From Candidatus Omnitrophota bacterium (GTDB taxonomy: Bacteria; Omnitrophota; Gorgyraeia; Gorgyraeales; Gorgyraeaceae): 64,000 nucleotides of DNA. The DNA lies in contig JAUSEX010000040.1 in NCBI GenBank assembly GCA_030649895.1, positions 16,839 through 80,838 on the forward strand. The letters are read 5' to 3'. This document shows positions 10,503 to 19,864 of the stretch, in pieces. The translations under genes and the position numbers were made by a program. The notes beneath the pieces are model-generated. The model did no database searches and was not told the DNA's origin. It saw only the letters and a list, made by a program, of their open reading frames with translations. The stretch's first letter is position 1, and every line of letters starts with the position of its first letter.

Positions 10503-10550
10503 GAGCCTGCTATTTTTCTGTGGCGGGCGAATGTAGAAAGGGGGGCATAT

Positions 10551-11225
10551 ATGGACTGGAACTTAATTGTAGTTGATCCAGTAAAAGCTATGTTGGTGAG
10601 GGCGGCCACATTTCTACCTACTTTAATAGGTATAATCGTTATACTTATAGTAGGGTGGATTGTAGCAGCGGTCCTGAGAAATGTAGTTGTAAAATTATTG
10701 AAGGTAGTACAGTTTGACGCTGCTAGCGAAAAATCAGGGCTAGCCGATGTCTTAAGAAAGGGAGGCATAAAGAATACTTTTTCGGAATTGATAGGCGGAC
10801 TTGTCTATTGGGTAATAATGCTTTTAGTTTTTATGGCGTCTCTGAATGCGCTTGGTATGACAGTTGTAGCGTCTTTACTGGACAAGGTTATACTTTATAT
10901 ACCGAATGTTATAGCGGCTATTTTTATAATTTCTCTTGGTATATTTTTCGCAAGCACTATAGGCTCCATTGTGATGACCGCTTGCATGAACGCCGGAATG
11001 AAACAGGCAAAGTTAATGAGCCAGGTAACGCAGACTGTAATAGTGATATTTGTGGCGATTATGACGCTAGAGCAGCTGAATATAGCTACCACGATATTGA
11101 ATACAACTATTACGGTAGTGTTAGGAGCCGTAGGATTGGCGTTTGCGCTTGCAGTAGGGCTTGGTTCAAAAGATATTGCCGGGAAGCTTATGCATGATTT
11201 AGTGGAAAAATTGAAAATTAAATAA
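10551..11225 (+). CDS. TM-helix-repeat membrane protein (CmpX / small mechanosensitive channel-associated)
   Basis: Two repeated 'LP.lig..vILivGwivA' TM units; C-terminal LAFALAVGLGSKD. Confidence 0.75.
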   Translation: MDWNLIVVDPVKAMLVRAATFLPTLIGIIVILIVGWIVAAVLRNVVVKLLKVVQFDAASEKSGLADVLRKGGIKNTFSELIGGLVYWVIMLLVFMASLNALGMTVVASLLDKVILYIPNVIAAIFIISLGIFFASTIGSIVMTACMNAGMKQAKLMSQVTQTVIVIFVAIMTLEQLNIATTILNTTITVVLGAVGLAFALAVGLGSKDIAGKLMHDLVEKLKIK

Positions 11226-11247
11226 TGTCTTCAAATTAAAGGTTTAC

Positions 11248-11283
11248 AGCCCCGCATTCCCGAAAAGGGATGCGGGGTTTTTT
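11248..11283 (+). terminator. Rho-independent terminator
   Basis: GCCCCGCATTCCC-GAAA-AGGGATGCGGGGT followed by a T run. Confidence 0.8.
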
Positions 11284-11310
11284 AATGAGCCTGCCTGAAA
11301 GTGGGCATAT

Positions 11311-11343
11311 CTACTTGCAAATATAGCAAGTAGTTTGTATAAT
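11311..11343 (+). promoter_or_regulatory. Promoter with an inverted repeat overlapping the -35
   Basis: TTGCAA (11315-11320), 17 nt, TATAAT (11338-11343); CTACTTGC-N7-GCAAGTAG palindrome at 11311-11333. Confidence 0.55.
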
Positions 11344-11353
11344 AAAATACAAT

Positions 11354-14300
11354 ATGAATAGCGCGAGAGAAGAAAAAGGCATTGCGTTGATACTTGTGGT
11401 AAGCGTCCTGGCTGTCGCAAGCATAATGGCGATATCTTTTGCATTTACCATGAGGCTGGAATTGAAAGCCGCAGCCAATTATCTGGAAGCTACAAGGGCG
11501 TCTTATCTCGCGCAGTCAGGCATCACGTACGCGCAGCAGATTCTAAAAGAAGACTCGAGGGATATAGATAGCTTCGAAGACAAATGGCACACTATCTTTA
11601 CAGGCAGCGATATTGATAACGATGGAGACGGCCAGCCTGATTCAAAATGGATAAATATTTACAATGAGGAAAGCGAGGCCATAGGCAGGTATGCTGTCCT
11701 GGTGAGGGATGAAACCAGTTTTATGGATATAAATATAGCTTATAAGCACAATCTTTCGCTTTTAAAGGTTACGGAAGGCTGGACTCCATATGAGCTGGAC
11801 CTGCAAAAATTTATAAATTCTTCAGGCTTGAAAGATCCAGATAAGGTGTACGAAGATATCGTTAGTTTTAGGTATGGGTCTGATGGCCAGCCGGGCGAGA
11901 TGGGCGCGGACGATAACCAGAATCAAAGGATCCTGGATTCCGATGGCATCGATAATAACTCGAACGGCATCATAGATGAAGCGAGCGAAGGCGTGGATGA
12001 GCCGATGGAATACGAACCGTTTAATCTTCACGGGGACGACAAAGCATTCGAAACGCCTTTCGAAATAAGTAAAATTAAATCGATCGCAAAACAGGAGCTT
12101 TATAAATTGTATCCCTATATAACTACGTATTCGGTTGATAAGAATATAGATGTTCAGGGAAGGTTGAAGGATAATATTAATTCCATGGATAGCCAGACTC
12201 TTGCTGTATTGTTGGAAGACGCCGGCGTAAGCGACCCGTTTCAAAAAGCAGTTAATATTATAGACGCTTGTGACGATGATTTCAGCCAGAGTACCGTACC
12301 AAAATTATACAACAGGCTCGCAGTGATCAATAGAGGCGATACAGGAGACTGGATATGGAAAGGCAGCTGCTATCAGAGCGACGTAAAAGATGGGCAACCT
12401 TTTACGATTACCTGGATCAATCTTCCGGAAGGAGAATATTACATAGGCGTGTTTGGGATAAAAAATGAATTAGTGGGAGATGTTACTGTAAACGGCATGA
12501 CCCAGAATTATGTGAGGGATGGCGAGCTGCTGAGGATAGGGGCTGTCTCGTTTGAGAATAAAATCTTAAATCTTTCCATAAATAACAGCGCAGGGTCGGT
12601 TTGTTATTTTTCTTATCTTGAATTATATCCCAGGCTGGGCCAGCAGAATTTCAACTCGAGCGAGATAAGAGGCGTTGAAGGCATAAGGATAAATGAAATA
12701 ATGGTAAGGCCTGTTATTTCCAGAAGCACTTTTAGCAACCAGGCACCTGGCGGAGACTGGACATGGCAAAATGCATACTATCAGAATAGTCAGCCAAAGG
12801 GCGGAAAAACCGGGGAAGGCGAATGGACCTGGAAGGATGTTCCCAATGGCAAATATTACGCCAGGTTATTTGCGGGCGTAGCCGATCAGGAGATAGGAAA
12901 TGTTGAAATAGGGGGCGTTCATTCGGAAGGGATGAGAGACGGAGATTTGTTTGGCAGCGGAAAAGTTGTTACTGTCTCAGGCGGGAAATTTACTATTAGG
13001 ATTCAGAATCAAAGAGAAACAGGATCTACGTATTTTAAATCTGTAGATTTGAGCCAGCAACCTGACGGAGAATATATAGAGCTTATAAATCTCACTCCCA
13101 GGGACGTGAATCTGAGCGGCTGGACCGTAGAAGGCCCGAGCAAAGAAGGCTGGCCTGCTACTATCCCTCTTGGTACGACAATAGGCCCTCACGAGCACAT
13201 TGCGCTGGCTATTGATAAAGACGATACACAGTCAGGGATAAATAATAACGGTATTTCATTTACATCGATATGGGGTAAAGAAAAATCCACAACTTTGCAT
13301 TTTTTAAGGGTGATAAGCCCTAATTCCGATCTTCTGTCTGACGTTGCTTTTATGGGAGGGAATTTTATAGCGCTTAAAGAACCCATGGGCCATGTCGTGG
13401 ATAAGCAGGAATATTTTAGCGGCAATGCAGCTGATTATAAGGCATTGGAGAAATCAGACCCTAGCTATGTATTGGATTCAAATAATAACGGCATACCTGA
13501 CAACTGGTATGCGTCTACCGCGAAAAAAGGAGCGACGCCCGGCCTGCCTAATGATAATGACGGGATGAGAGAGAAGATAGGAGAAGAGATAATAGAGCAT
13601 TACGATACCGAGGTGAACGCAAAGAACAAGAATTTTTCTTCGATAGGAGAGATTTCATTTGTTTCGCTTGGAACTGAACCATGGAAGAGCATAGCTCCGC
13701 AGGATGTCGCGAAGATTGCGGACAGGCTTACCGTATTCGGGATAAAACTGGAAGCGGAAAATAAAATCGTGAAAGGTTCCGAAGGAAACTGGAAAGTTGT
13801 GCAGAGGGCAGCTCCCTTGACAGACTGGTGCGAAAATGGAAAAGAGGATTCGATCGGCATGTGGAGATGGGAGGCGAAGGATGGCTTGGAAAACGGCTAT
13901 TATAAATTGAAAATATTCGGGGAAGAAGGCGAGGCAATAGCCATATCAATACATCTCGCGGACGATACATGGACGAGTTTTACGCCGGCCCTCACCCCTG
14001 GGCCTGACAAAGGAATAAATTTTGGTAATATAGAAATAGGCACTGGTAGTTCTATAGCTACGCCGAGCGGGGTCCTGGAAATAAAAATAAAGAACAGTTC
14101 GGAGACAGGCGCCGCTCACTTTGATTTTATAAGCTTGGACCCAGTAAATAACCTATACGGCAGGATAAATGTAAATACAGCCTCTAAAAGAGTTTTAGCT
14201 ATTCTACCAGGTATAGATGACGCCATAGCGGATAATATAATTAATAACAGGGTTTTTGGGAATAAAAATAGCCTTTATCTTGGCATAGGCGATCTTATCA

Positions 14301-14470
14301 CCACCCAGGCGTTAGGCTCAACTGATGTGGATAAGAAAAATAGGTTCAGGCAGATTTCGAATCTTATCACAGTCCATTCCGATTGTTATAGGATTATTGT
14401 CACGGGCCAGGCTCTTGAAAAAGGGAAGGTCCTGGCTGAAAAGAAGATCTGGGTGGTGTTTGAGCGTTAA
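11354..14470 (+). CDS. Large GspK/PilX-like minor (pseudo)pilin with lamin-tail domain, repeated beta-sandwich modules and HhH motifs
   Basis: Type III signal EEKG|IALILVV; A.YLA.SGI; DE.S..DIN; LTD motifs IRINEIM and EYIELINLT...NLSGW; C-terminal GRINVNTAS...LPGI and NLITVHSD.YRIIVTG. Confidence 0.75.
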   Translation: MNSAREEKGIALILVVSVLAVASIMAISFAFTMRLELKAAANYLEATRASYLAQSGITYAQQILKEDSRDIDSFEDKWHTIFTGSDIDNDGDGQPDSKWINIYNEESEAIGRYAVLVRDETSFMDINIAYKHNLSLLKVTEGWTPYELDLQKFINSSGLKDPDKVYEDIVSFRYGSDGQPGEMGADDNQNQRILDSDGIDNNSNGIIDEASEGVDEPMEYEPFNLHGDDKAFETPFEISKIKSIAKQELYKLYPYITTYSVDKNIDVQGRLKDNINSMDSQTLAVLLEDAGVSDPFQKAVNIIDACDDDFSQSTVPKLYNRLAVINRGDTGDWIWKGSCYQSDVKDGQPFTITWINLPEGEYYIGVFGIKNELVGDVTVNGMTQNYVRDGELLRIGAVSFENKILNLSINNSAGSVCYFSYLELYPRLGQQNFNSSEIRGVEGIRINEIMVRPVISRSTFSNQAPGGDWTWQNAYYQNSQPKGGKTGEGEWTWKDVPNGKYYARLFAGVADQEIGNVEIGGVHSEGMRDGDLFGSGKVVTVSGGKFTIRIQNQRETGSTYFKSVDLSQQPDGEYIELINLTPRDVNLSGWTVEGPSKEGWPATIPLGTTIGPHEHIALAIDKDDTQSGINNNGISFTSIWGKEKSTTLHFLRVISPNSDLLSDVAFMGGNFIALKEPMGHVVDKQEYFSGNAADYKALEKSDPSYVLDSNNNGIPDNWYASTAKKGATPGLPNDNDGMREKIGEEIIEHYDTEVNAKNKNFSSIGEISFVSLGTEPWKSIAPQDVAKIADRLTVFGIKLEAENKIVKGSEGNWKVVQRAAPLTDWCENGKEDSIGMWRWEAKDGLENGYYKLKIFGEEGEAIAISIHLADDTWTSFTPALTPGPDKGINFGNIEIGTGSSIATPSGVLEIKIKNSSETGAAHFDFISLDPVNNLYGRINVNTASKRVLAILPGIDDAIADNIINNRVFGNKNSLYLGIGDLITTQALGSTDVDKKNRFRQISNLITVHSDCYRIIVTGQALEKGKVLAEKKIWVVFER

Positions 14471-14509
14471 GTAACCGGAAAACTCATAATGTTGATTTGG
14501 AAAATAGGG

Positions 14510-14576
14510 AAAATAGGGACAGCGCCCATTTATTATTTATTTTTTATAGCATAAAAATGGGCGCTGTCCCTATTTT
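14510..14576. repeat. Long inverted repeat (REP-like family A, copy 1)
   Basis: 22-bp perfect arms AAAATAGGGACAGCGCCCATTT / AAATGGGCGCTGTCCCTATTTT around an AT-rich loop. Confidence 0.85.
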
Positions 14577-14681
14577 AGGAGCTGGCTATTATGTAATGGG
14601 TTGCCTAGCTATTCAAATAGTGCAAGATTGCTCAAGATTATGCTTGATTTTTTTTGCTGACAGGATATAATTAATTTAAAT

Positions 14682-16493
14682 ATGCATAGGATTGAATATA
14701 ATAAAAAATATTTTATTCCAAAGACCGTTTTATTTTTTACAGCGGTCTTTTTTATTTTAGCGGTTGGGATCGCGGCTGCGAGCATAGCTAGCAGTAAAAA
14801 TTATAAATTGCATACAGCCCTGGCAGACGGCGGAGGGGCAAGCGGGGTTTCAAAGAATTACAACTCGGAGAATAGCGTGGGTTACCCGTTAGGCACCAAT
14901 GTTGCTACGGGCGTCAGTTATAAAATATACGGCGGATGGCTTTCCACCAGAAACACCATTCCTGACGTAGGCATATTAACATATAACGATGGCCAGGCTA
15001 CATTTGAAAATCCTCTTACATTGAAATGGGCGGTTACAGATAAAGACAATGATCCTCAGCGTTACTATCAGGTCCAGATCTCTAAAGACAGTTTTGAAAC
15101 AATAGATTTTGATTCAGGTATTGTTAAGACCAATTCCCAGCAATACACCACGCCTATATTGCCCACCACCGAAGGCTATGTAGACTATAAGTGGCGCGTG
15201 AGGGTAAGCGATGGATATGATTATTCAGGATGGGAAACAGCCAGTAGCGGGTTTAAGCTCGCAACGGGAACAATGGATCTGCCTATTATATTGGCTAAGA
15301 CTTCGCCTGGTGGAAGCGATATCCCGTCAAAATTATGGCAGGGATGCGGAGATCCATACATGTCATGGGAATACCCTGTAAAAGGCGTTCAACCTGCTGG
15401 TTACAGTTATGCGTGGGGAGATATGCCGGATAACCAGGCTGATACTCAGGGCACTTCTTACCAGACCCCTTCCGATCTTTTGGGGGATGGCGTCAGGGTG
15501 TTTAATCTTAAGGCTGAGAATTCAGCGGGTAATTGGGGTGAAATAGCTTCTTATGAATTATGGATAGATAGAGGCAGCCCTGTTATAGGTAATTATTCTC
15601 CGGAAAAAGGTTCGCTAATAGCGTCCGATAGGCCTACTATTACCATAGCTGCCAGCGATGATAAAAGCGGTGTGGATCCAAACGCTATTAATATGAAGAT
15701 AAATAAATCCACAGTAGGCGCTGCATATGATGAGAATAGCCAGAGCATTGTATATCTTCCATCTACGCCTCTCAGCGAAGGCAGTAATGTAGTGTCTATT
15801 GAAGTGGCTGACCTTGTGGGCAATAAAACATCCCAGGTTGTCTGGAGTTTTACTGTTGACACAAGGGGCCCGACAGGTTATGTGATAATAAATAACCAGG
15901 ATGCTGTTACTAATTCCGTATATGTCAACCTTGTATTTGGCGCCAGCGACTCTACGACAGATGTGGCAGATATGGTAATCTCGAACGACGGGGTTTTTGA
16001 CAATGAGCAATGGGAGCAGTTTAAAACCAAGAAGGAAAACTGGACGCTGACTCCTATAAGCGGTACCCGCAAGGTTTATGTAAAGTTTAAGGACACGGCA
16101 GGAAATGAATCAGAGGTTTTTAGCGATACGATAGAACTTATAATAATAGCGCCCGATACCATAATCACAAGCGGGCCGAGTTTGTTGACAAAGTCGAAAG
16201 AGGCCCTGTTTACTTTTAAAAGCAGCGTAGAGAATTGTGTATTTAGATGGAAATTTGATGATGATGAATGGTCTGCCTGGTCCAAGGATATTGCCGTATC
16301 CAAAAAAGACCTGAAAAACGGGAATCATTATTTCAAGGTTCAGGCTGCAAAAGATGTTAATAAGAATTCCAAAATAGACATAGACGAAATAGACCCTGTT
16401 CCTGCGGAAAGAACCTGGACCATAAGCGAAACAGGGGTTATAAAGCCGGAACCTGAGAAAAAGAAGCCTTTCAAATTTTGGAAAGAAGAATAA
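14682..16493 (+). CDS. Exported FN3/Ig-like repeat protein
   Basis: N-terminal hydrophobic signal; Y.WRVR..DG...SGW (FN3); D..SGVD, D.VGN..W.FTVD, KVYVKFKD.AGNES, APDT.ITSGP Ig-like motifs. Confidence 0.7.
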   Translation: MHRIEYNKKYFIPKTVLFFTAVFFILAVGIAAASIASSKNYKLHTALADGGGASGVSKNYNSENSVGYPLGTNVATGVSYKIYGGWLSTRNTIPDVGILTYNDGQATFENPLTLKWAVTDKDNDPQRYYQVQISKDSFETIDFDSGIVKTNSQQYTTPILPTTEGYVDYKWRVRVSDGYDYSGWETASSGFKLATGTMDLPIILAKTSPGGSDIPSKLWQGCGDPYMSWEYPVKGVQPAGYSYAWGDMPDNQADTQGTSYQTPSDLLGDGVRVFNLKAENSAGNWGEIASYELWIDRGSPVIGNYSPEKGSLIASDRPTITIAASDDKSGVDPNAINMKINKSTVGAAYDENSQSIVYLPSTPLSEGSNVVSIEVADLVGNKTSQVVWSFTVDTRGPTGYVIINNQDAVTNSVYVNLVFGASDSTTDVADMVISNDGVFDNEQWEQFKTKKENWTLTPISGTRKVYVKFKDTAGNESEVFSDTIELIIIAPDTIITSGPSLLTKSKEALFTFKSSVENCVFRWKFDDDEWSAWSKDIAVSKKDLKNGNHYFKVQAAKDVNKNSKIDIDEIDPVPAERTWTISETGVIKPEPEKKKPFKFWKEE

Positions 16494-16520
16494 TCTAACC
16501 TGTTTATTTTCAAGTAGTTA

Positions 16521-16548
16521 CCTTCAGTCTTCAGCTTTCAGCCTTCAG
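16521..16548. repeat. Heptamer tandem repeat (CCTTCAG-like x4)
   Basis: ccttcag tcttcag ctttcag ccttcag. Confidence 0.75.
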
Positions 16549-16566
16549 CTTTTTCCAGTGCTACCC

Positions 16567-16595
16567 TTGACAAATACTATCAGATAGTATATAGT
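16567..16595 (+). promoter_or_regulatory. Promoter with a perfect palindrome in the spacer (candidate operator)
   Basis: TTGACA (16567-16572), 17 nt, TATAGT (16590-16595); ATACTATC-A-GATAGTAT at 16574-16590. Confidence 0.65.
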
Positions 16596-16744
16596 TATAC
16601 CACTCTATATCAAATAGAGATAAGATATTGTTCTATTTTTACAGGTTGGGCAAGACAATAAGATTTTGAAGGCCGAATTAACAAAAAGTTCGGCCTGAGT
16701 CGTCTAAGGGGCTAAACATGTTATTGAATAGTGAGGTGGTATAT

Positions 16745-16930
16745 ATGAAAGAAAAATATTATTCCGCAGAAACTGCGGCGCAGTTTCTTGGCATATCTAA
16801 GCAGACTCTTATAAGATATGAAAACAAGAGATTGTTTCCAGCGGCCAGAAGAAATACCCTTAATGGCTGGCGGGAATACACGGAAGACGATATTAAAAAA
16901 CTCAGGGCTATAATGGGAAGGACCAGGTAA
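16745..16930 (+). CDS. Small MerR-type HTH DNA-binding protein (no effector domain)
   Basis: AAQFLGISKQTLIRYE...RNTLNGWREYTEDDI; GAGGTGG RBS before ATG 16745. Confidence 0.8.
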   Translation: MKEKYYSAETAAQFLGISKQTLIRYENKRLFPAARRNTLNGWREYTEDDIKKLRAIMGRTR

Positions 16931-18457
16931 ATGGCCAAGTTCAAGGCAAGTTCAATAGCCTTAGATATAGGCGCTCATTTTATAAAGCTTGTTGAGCTTA
17001 AAAAAGAGAAGGATAGTATTGTGCTGACCAAAATCGGCTTAAAAGAAATCCCGAGAGATTTGAAGCTCGACAGGGATAAAACTATCAGTTCGCTTATCTC
17101 CGCATTATTATTGGAGAATCATATAAAGCCGAATCCTGTAAACATATCTATAAGCGGCCAGTCTGTTTTTGTAAGATTCGTAAAGTTGTTGCAGGTAAAA
17201 GAGGATAAATTAAAACAGACTATGAAATTTGAAGCGCAAAACCAGATACCTTTCAGCATGAATGAGGTCATGTGGGACTGGTCTCTGCTGGATAACGACA
17301 AAAATTCATCCAGAAAGGCAGTCATAGTTGCGATAAAAAAAAATCTGGTAGAAGAGATTATTTCAAAACTCAATTCCGTTAAATTATCTGCCGGGTTGAT
17401 AGATGTGGCTCCTATAAGCGTGTATAACTGTATGATATTTAACGAAGACTTTAATGTCCAGGGGTTGGGAGCCATACTTGACATAGGCGCGAAATCCACC
17501 AATTTCATTATATTTAATAAAGGTAATATATGGATAAGAAGTTTTCCTATAGCTGGAGAGAGGATCGAGGAGGCTAAAGAGCATGGCGTAGAGGAGCTTC
17601 TGGCAGAGGTGGAGAGATCCCTGGAGTATTATTTTATGCAGGCAGGAGAAGACGCCCCGCAGGAAAAAAAGATAACCCAGCTTTTCCTGACAGGCGGCGG
17701 AAGCGTTATGGAAAATATAGAAGCATCGCTTGTTTCTAAATTTAGCGTAAAACCTCAGATTATGGATCCTTTTAGAAAATTAAGGGTATCTAAAGATGTA
17801 TATCAAAAACTCCAGGTATGCGGACCTAAGAATCAATTTTCTACGGTTGTGGGCGTGGCGCTGAGGGGCATGACTGGTCTGAAGATAGAGGTAAATTTTC
17901 TGAAAGAAATAGCTTTGGAAAAGAAATCCTCGTTCCGGAAACGTTTTTATGCTGGCCTTTCAATGGCCACAGGCGCGCTGGTGCTTATAAGCTTTTCCAT
18001 TTTTATGCGCCAGGATTACTATATAAAAAAGATCAAGCTTGATAAAGCGGAAGACATGATAGGGATATACAGGACCTATGAGCCGAAGATAAAGAATATA
18101 CAGGAAGAGGAAAATATTTTAAGAGGGGAAATAGATACCTTATATCAAACAGCCTTTTCCAGGGCTATATGGCTCGGGATATTTAAGGCTATTTCAGAGA
18201 TACTCCCCAAGGATGTCTGGGTTACGGATTTATCGGGAATCATCTCTATAGAAAAGAGCGGGCTTGGGAGAATGGATATGAACGGGAAAGCTCTGTCTTA
18301 TCAATCAGTTAATAATTTCGTGTCGAGCCTTAAGGCGTTGCCGAGCTTTAGCGATGTGCGGCCTGTATCGTCTTCCGTGGAAAACGACAAAGATACAGGG
18401 GAAGAAATAGTTAAATTCAGCATCACCATGGATGTTGTTTTATTGACGAATCAGTAG
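16931..18457 (+). CDS. pilM: Type IV pilus PilM (actin-like) fused to a PilN-like domain
   Basis: LDIGAHFIKLVE, EA.NQIPF, LDIGAKST, LFLTGGGS, VGVALRG, then VNFL + TM + LPKDVWVTD PilN-like segment. Confidence 0.8.
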   Translation: MAKFKASSIALDIGAHFIKLVELKKEKDSIVLTKIGLKEIPRDLKLDRDKTISSLISALLLENHIKPNPVNISISGQSVFVRFVKLLQVKEDKLKQTMKFEAQNQIPFSMNEVMWDWSLLDNDKNSSRKAVIVAIKKNLVEEIISKLNSVKLSAGLIDVAPISVYNCMIFNEDFNVQGLGAILDIGAKSTNFIIFNKGNIWIRSFPIAGERIEEAKEHGVEELLAEVERSLEYYFMQAGEDAPQEKKITQLFLTGGGSVMENIEASLVSKFSVKPQIMDPFRKLRVSKDVYQKLQVCGPKNQFSTVVGVALRGMTGLKIEVNFLKEIALEKKSSFRKRFYAGLSMATGALVLISFSIFMRQDYYIKKIKLDKAEDMIGIYRTYEPKIKNIQEEENILRGEIDTLYQTAFSRAIWLGIFKAISEILPKDVWVTDLSGIISIEKSGLGRMDMNGKALSYQSVNNFVSSLKALPSFSDVRPVSSSVENDKDTGEEIVKFSITMDVVLLTNQ

Positions 18458-18481
18458 GGGGCAGGCGCGCCTGTTCTCTAC
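18454..18481. repeat. GTAG-type REP-like hairpin providing the pilM stop codon
   Basis: GTAGGGGGCAGGC-GC-GCCTGTTCTCTAC. Confidence 0.55.
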
Positions 18482-18497
18482 AAGGGTATGGTGCGAG

Positions 18498-19259
18498 ATG
18501 TTAAAACCCGGCAGAGAAAAAATTATTCTGAAACAGGGGCTTATAATACTTGCTGTTTTGGCGGGTATTTATATATTTTTCCTTAGCCCGTTTCTTAAGG
18601 AAGGCCGCTCAATAATGGACGAAGAGCTGGAGCGAAAGATAAGCGAAATGAAAAGATTTATTACGCTTACCGGGACAGTGCCTTCAAAGGAAAGCTTTAC
18701 CAGGATGGAGAAGGACAGAGAGTCCCTGGAAGAAAAATTTTCCAGCCTGGTGAATTTTATAGATCCGAATAAGGCGAGGTTTTCTGAAAAAAATACGGAG
18801 GCAGGGCTTTATTTTATAGAAAAACTTCATTCTACGATGAAAAAATTCGAAATAGACGCAGGGTCCAAAACCGTGAAGCTTCCAGAGAACCTTGGTTTTG
18901 GGGATGGCCTTCCAAAGGACGCCATAGTGCCTGTGCTTCTGAGGCAGCTTGAGATAGTGGAGTTTACCGTAGACGCGCTTTTAAAAAGCAATAGCTCGGA
19001 TATTTATAATCTGAAACCGCTTAAGCCTATTGAATACATAGAGCCTATTTCAAAGAAACTTTTTTATACTGAACTGCCTATCCAGATTTCCATAAAAACA
19101 ACAACTGACGCGTTTACGAATCTTTTGCTGGAGCTTAAGAACGCCAGCCCAGTAATCAACGTAAAAGAATTGCATGTTAAGAGCGTCGAACCTGGTTCAG
19201 GAGAATTGGAGATAAGCCTGGTATTAAGCAGCCTTATGGTCACGAGGAAAGAGAAATGA
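18498..19259 (+). CDS. PilO/GspM-like inner-membrane assembly protein
   Basis: N-terminal TM, coiled coil, YTELPIQISI...F.NLL..L ferredoxin-like end; position after pilMN. Confidence 0.6.
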   Translation: MLKPGREKIILKQGLIILAVLAGIYIFFLSPFLKEGRSIMDEELERKISEMKRFITLTGTVPSKESFTRMEKDRESLEEKFSSLVNFIDPNKARFSEKNTEAGLYFIEKLHSTMKKFEIDAGSKTVKLPENLGFGDGLPKDAIVPVLLRQLEIVEFTVDALLKSNSSDIYNLKPLKPIEYIEPISKKLFYTELPIQISIKTTTDAFTNLLLELKNASPVINVKELHVKSVEPGSGELEISLVLSSLMVTRKEK

Positions 19260-19864
19260 TTATAAAGGAAAAAATTATATTCCTGGCTCTTTTACCTGTG
19301 TTAGTAGCCACCATAGCGATAGGCATCAATACGCAGGAAAATAAAAAGAGATCAACGGACGAGTTTCTAAAGGATATTGAATCCGTGACAGAAAAGGCCA
19401 AGGCCAAAAAAAAGGTGGCCAAGGATAGTTGGGATATTGACGGGTTGAAGAAGCAGGAAACAATGGAGGATTATCTGGCCCTTGCGGAAAGAAATATCTT
19501 CTTCAGGCCTGTTTCTGAAGTCAGAAAGGAAATCCAGAGGGATATCGTGTCTTTAAAGGAAGAAGAGCCGAAGAAACCTTTGTTTGTCTATAAAGGCAGG
19601 ATGACGATGGGGGCCAGGATTATAGTTATTATAGAGGATCAGAATACAAGCAAAAGTTTCTCCGTTAAAGAAGGGGATTCAGCGGGCGATTTTACAGTCG
19701 TCAGCATAGGCGAAAAAGAAATATTGCTCAGGAAAAACGACGGAGAAGAAATTATTATTTCTACTGTCAAGGAAGAGAAAAAAGAAGAAAGGAAAGATGC
19801 TGAGGGTGGTCGTGATCGCTCCATGCAGACAGATTGGTCAGAGGGCATAGATGAAAAGAAATAA
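19256..19864 (+). CDS. PilP/GspC-like protein
   Basis: N-terminal TM, RNIFFRP, YKG...IIED....FSVKEGD..GDFTVVSI beta domain; position before the secretin. Confidence 0.55.
   Translation: MIIKEKIIFLALLPVLVATIAIGINTQENKKRSTDEFLKDIESVTEKAKAKKKVAKDSWDIDGLKKQETMEDYLALAERNIFFRPVSEVRKEIQRDIVSLKEEEPKKPLFVYKGRMTMGARIIVIIEDQNTSKSFSVKEGDSAGDFTVVSIGEKEILLRKNDGEEIIISTVKEEKKEERKDAEGGRDRSMQTDWSEGIDEKK

Noticed and set aside
10328-10768. 146-aa minus-strand ORF and the many other antisense ORFs in the track
   Set aside because: They are shadows of + strand genes or run through repeats, with no recognisable motifs
16640-16716. c-di-GMP-I riboswitch upstream of the pilus operon (GGGCAAGAC...GTCTAAGG)
   Set aside because: Lacks the GGCAAAC..GAAA..GACGCAAAG core; only a generic hairpin is supported
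1712-16731. Shared 11-mer TTATTGAATAG in the giant-gene leader (1712-1722) and the pilus-operon leader (16721-16731)
   Set aside because: An AT-rich 11-mer without a shared flanking structure can arise by chance
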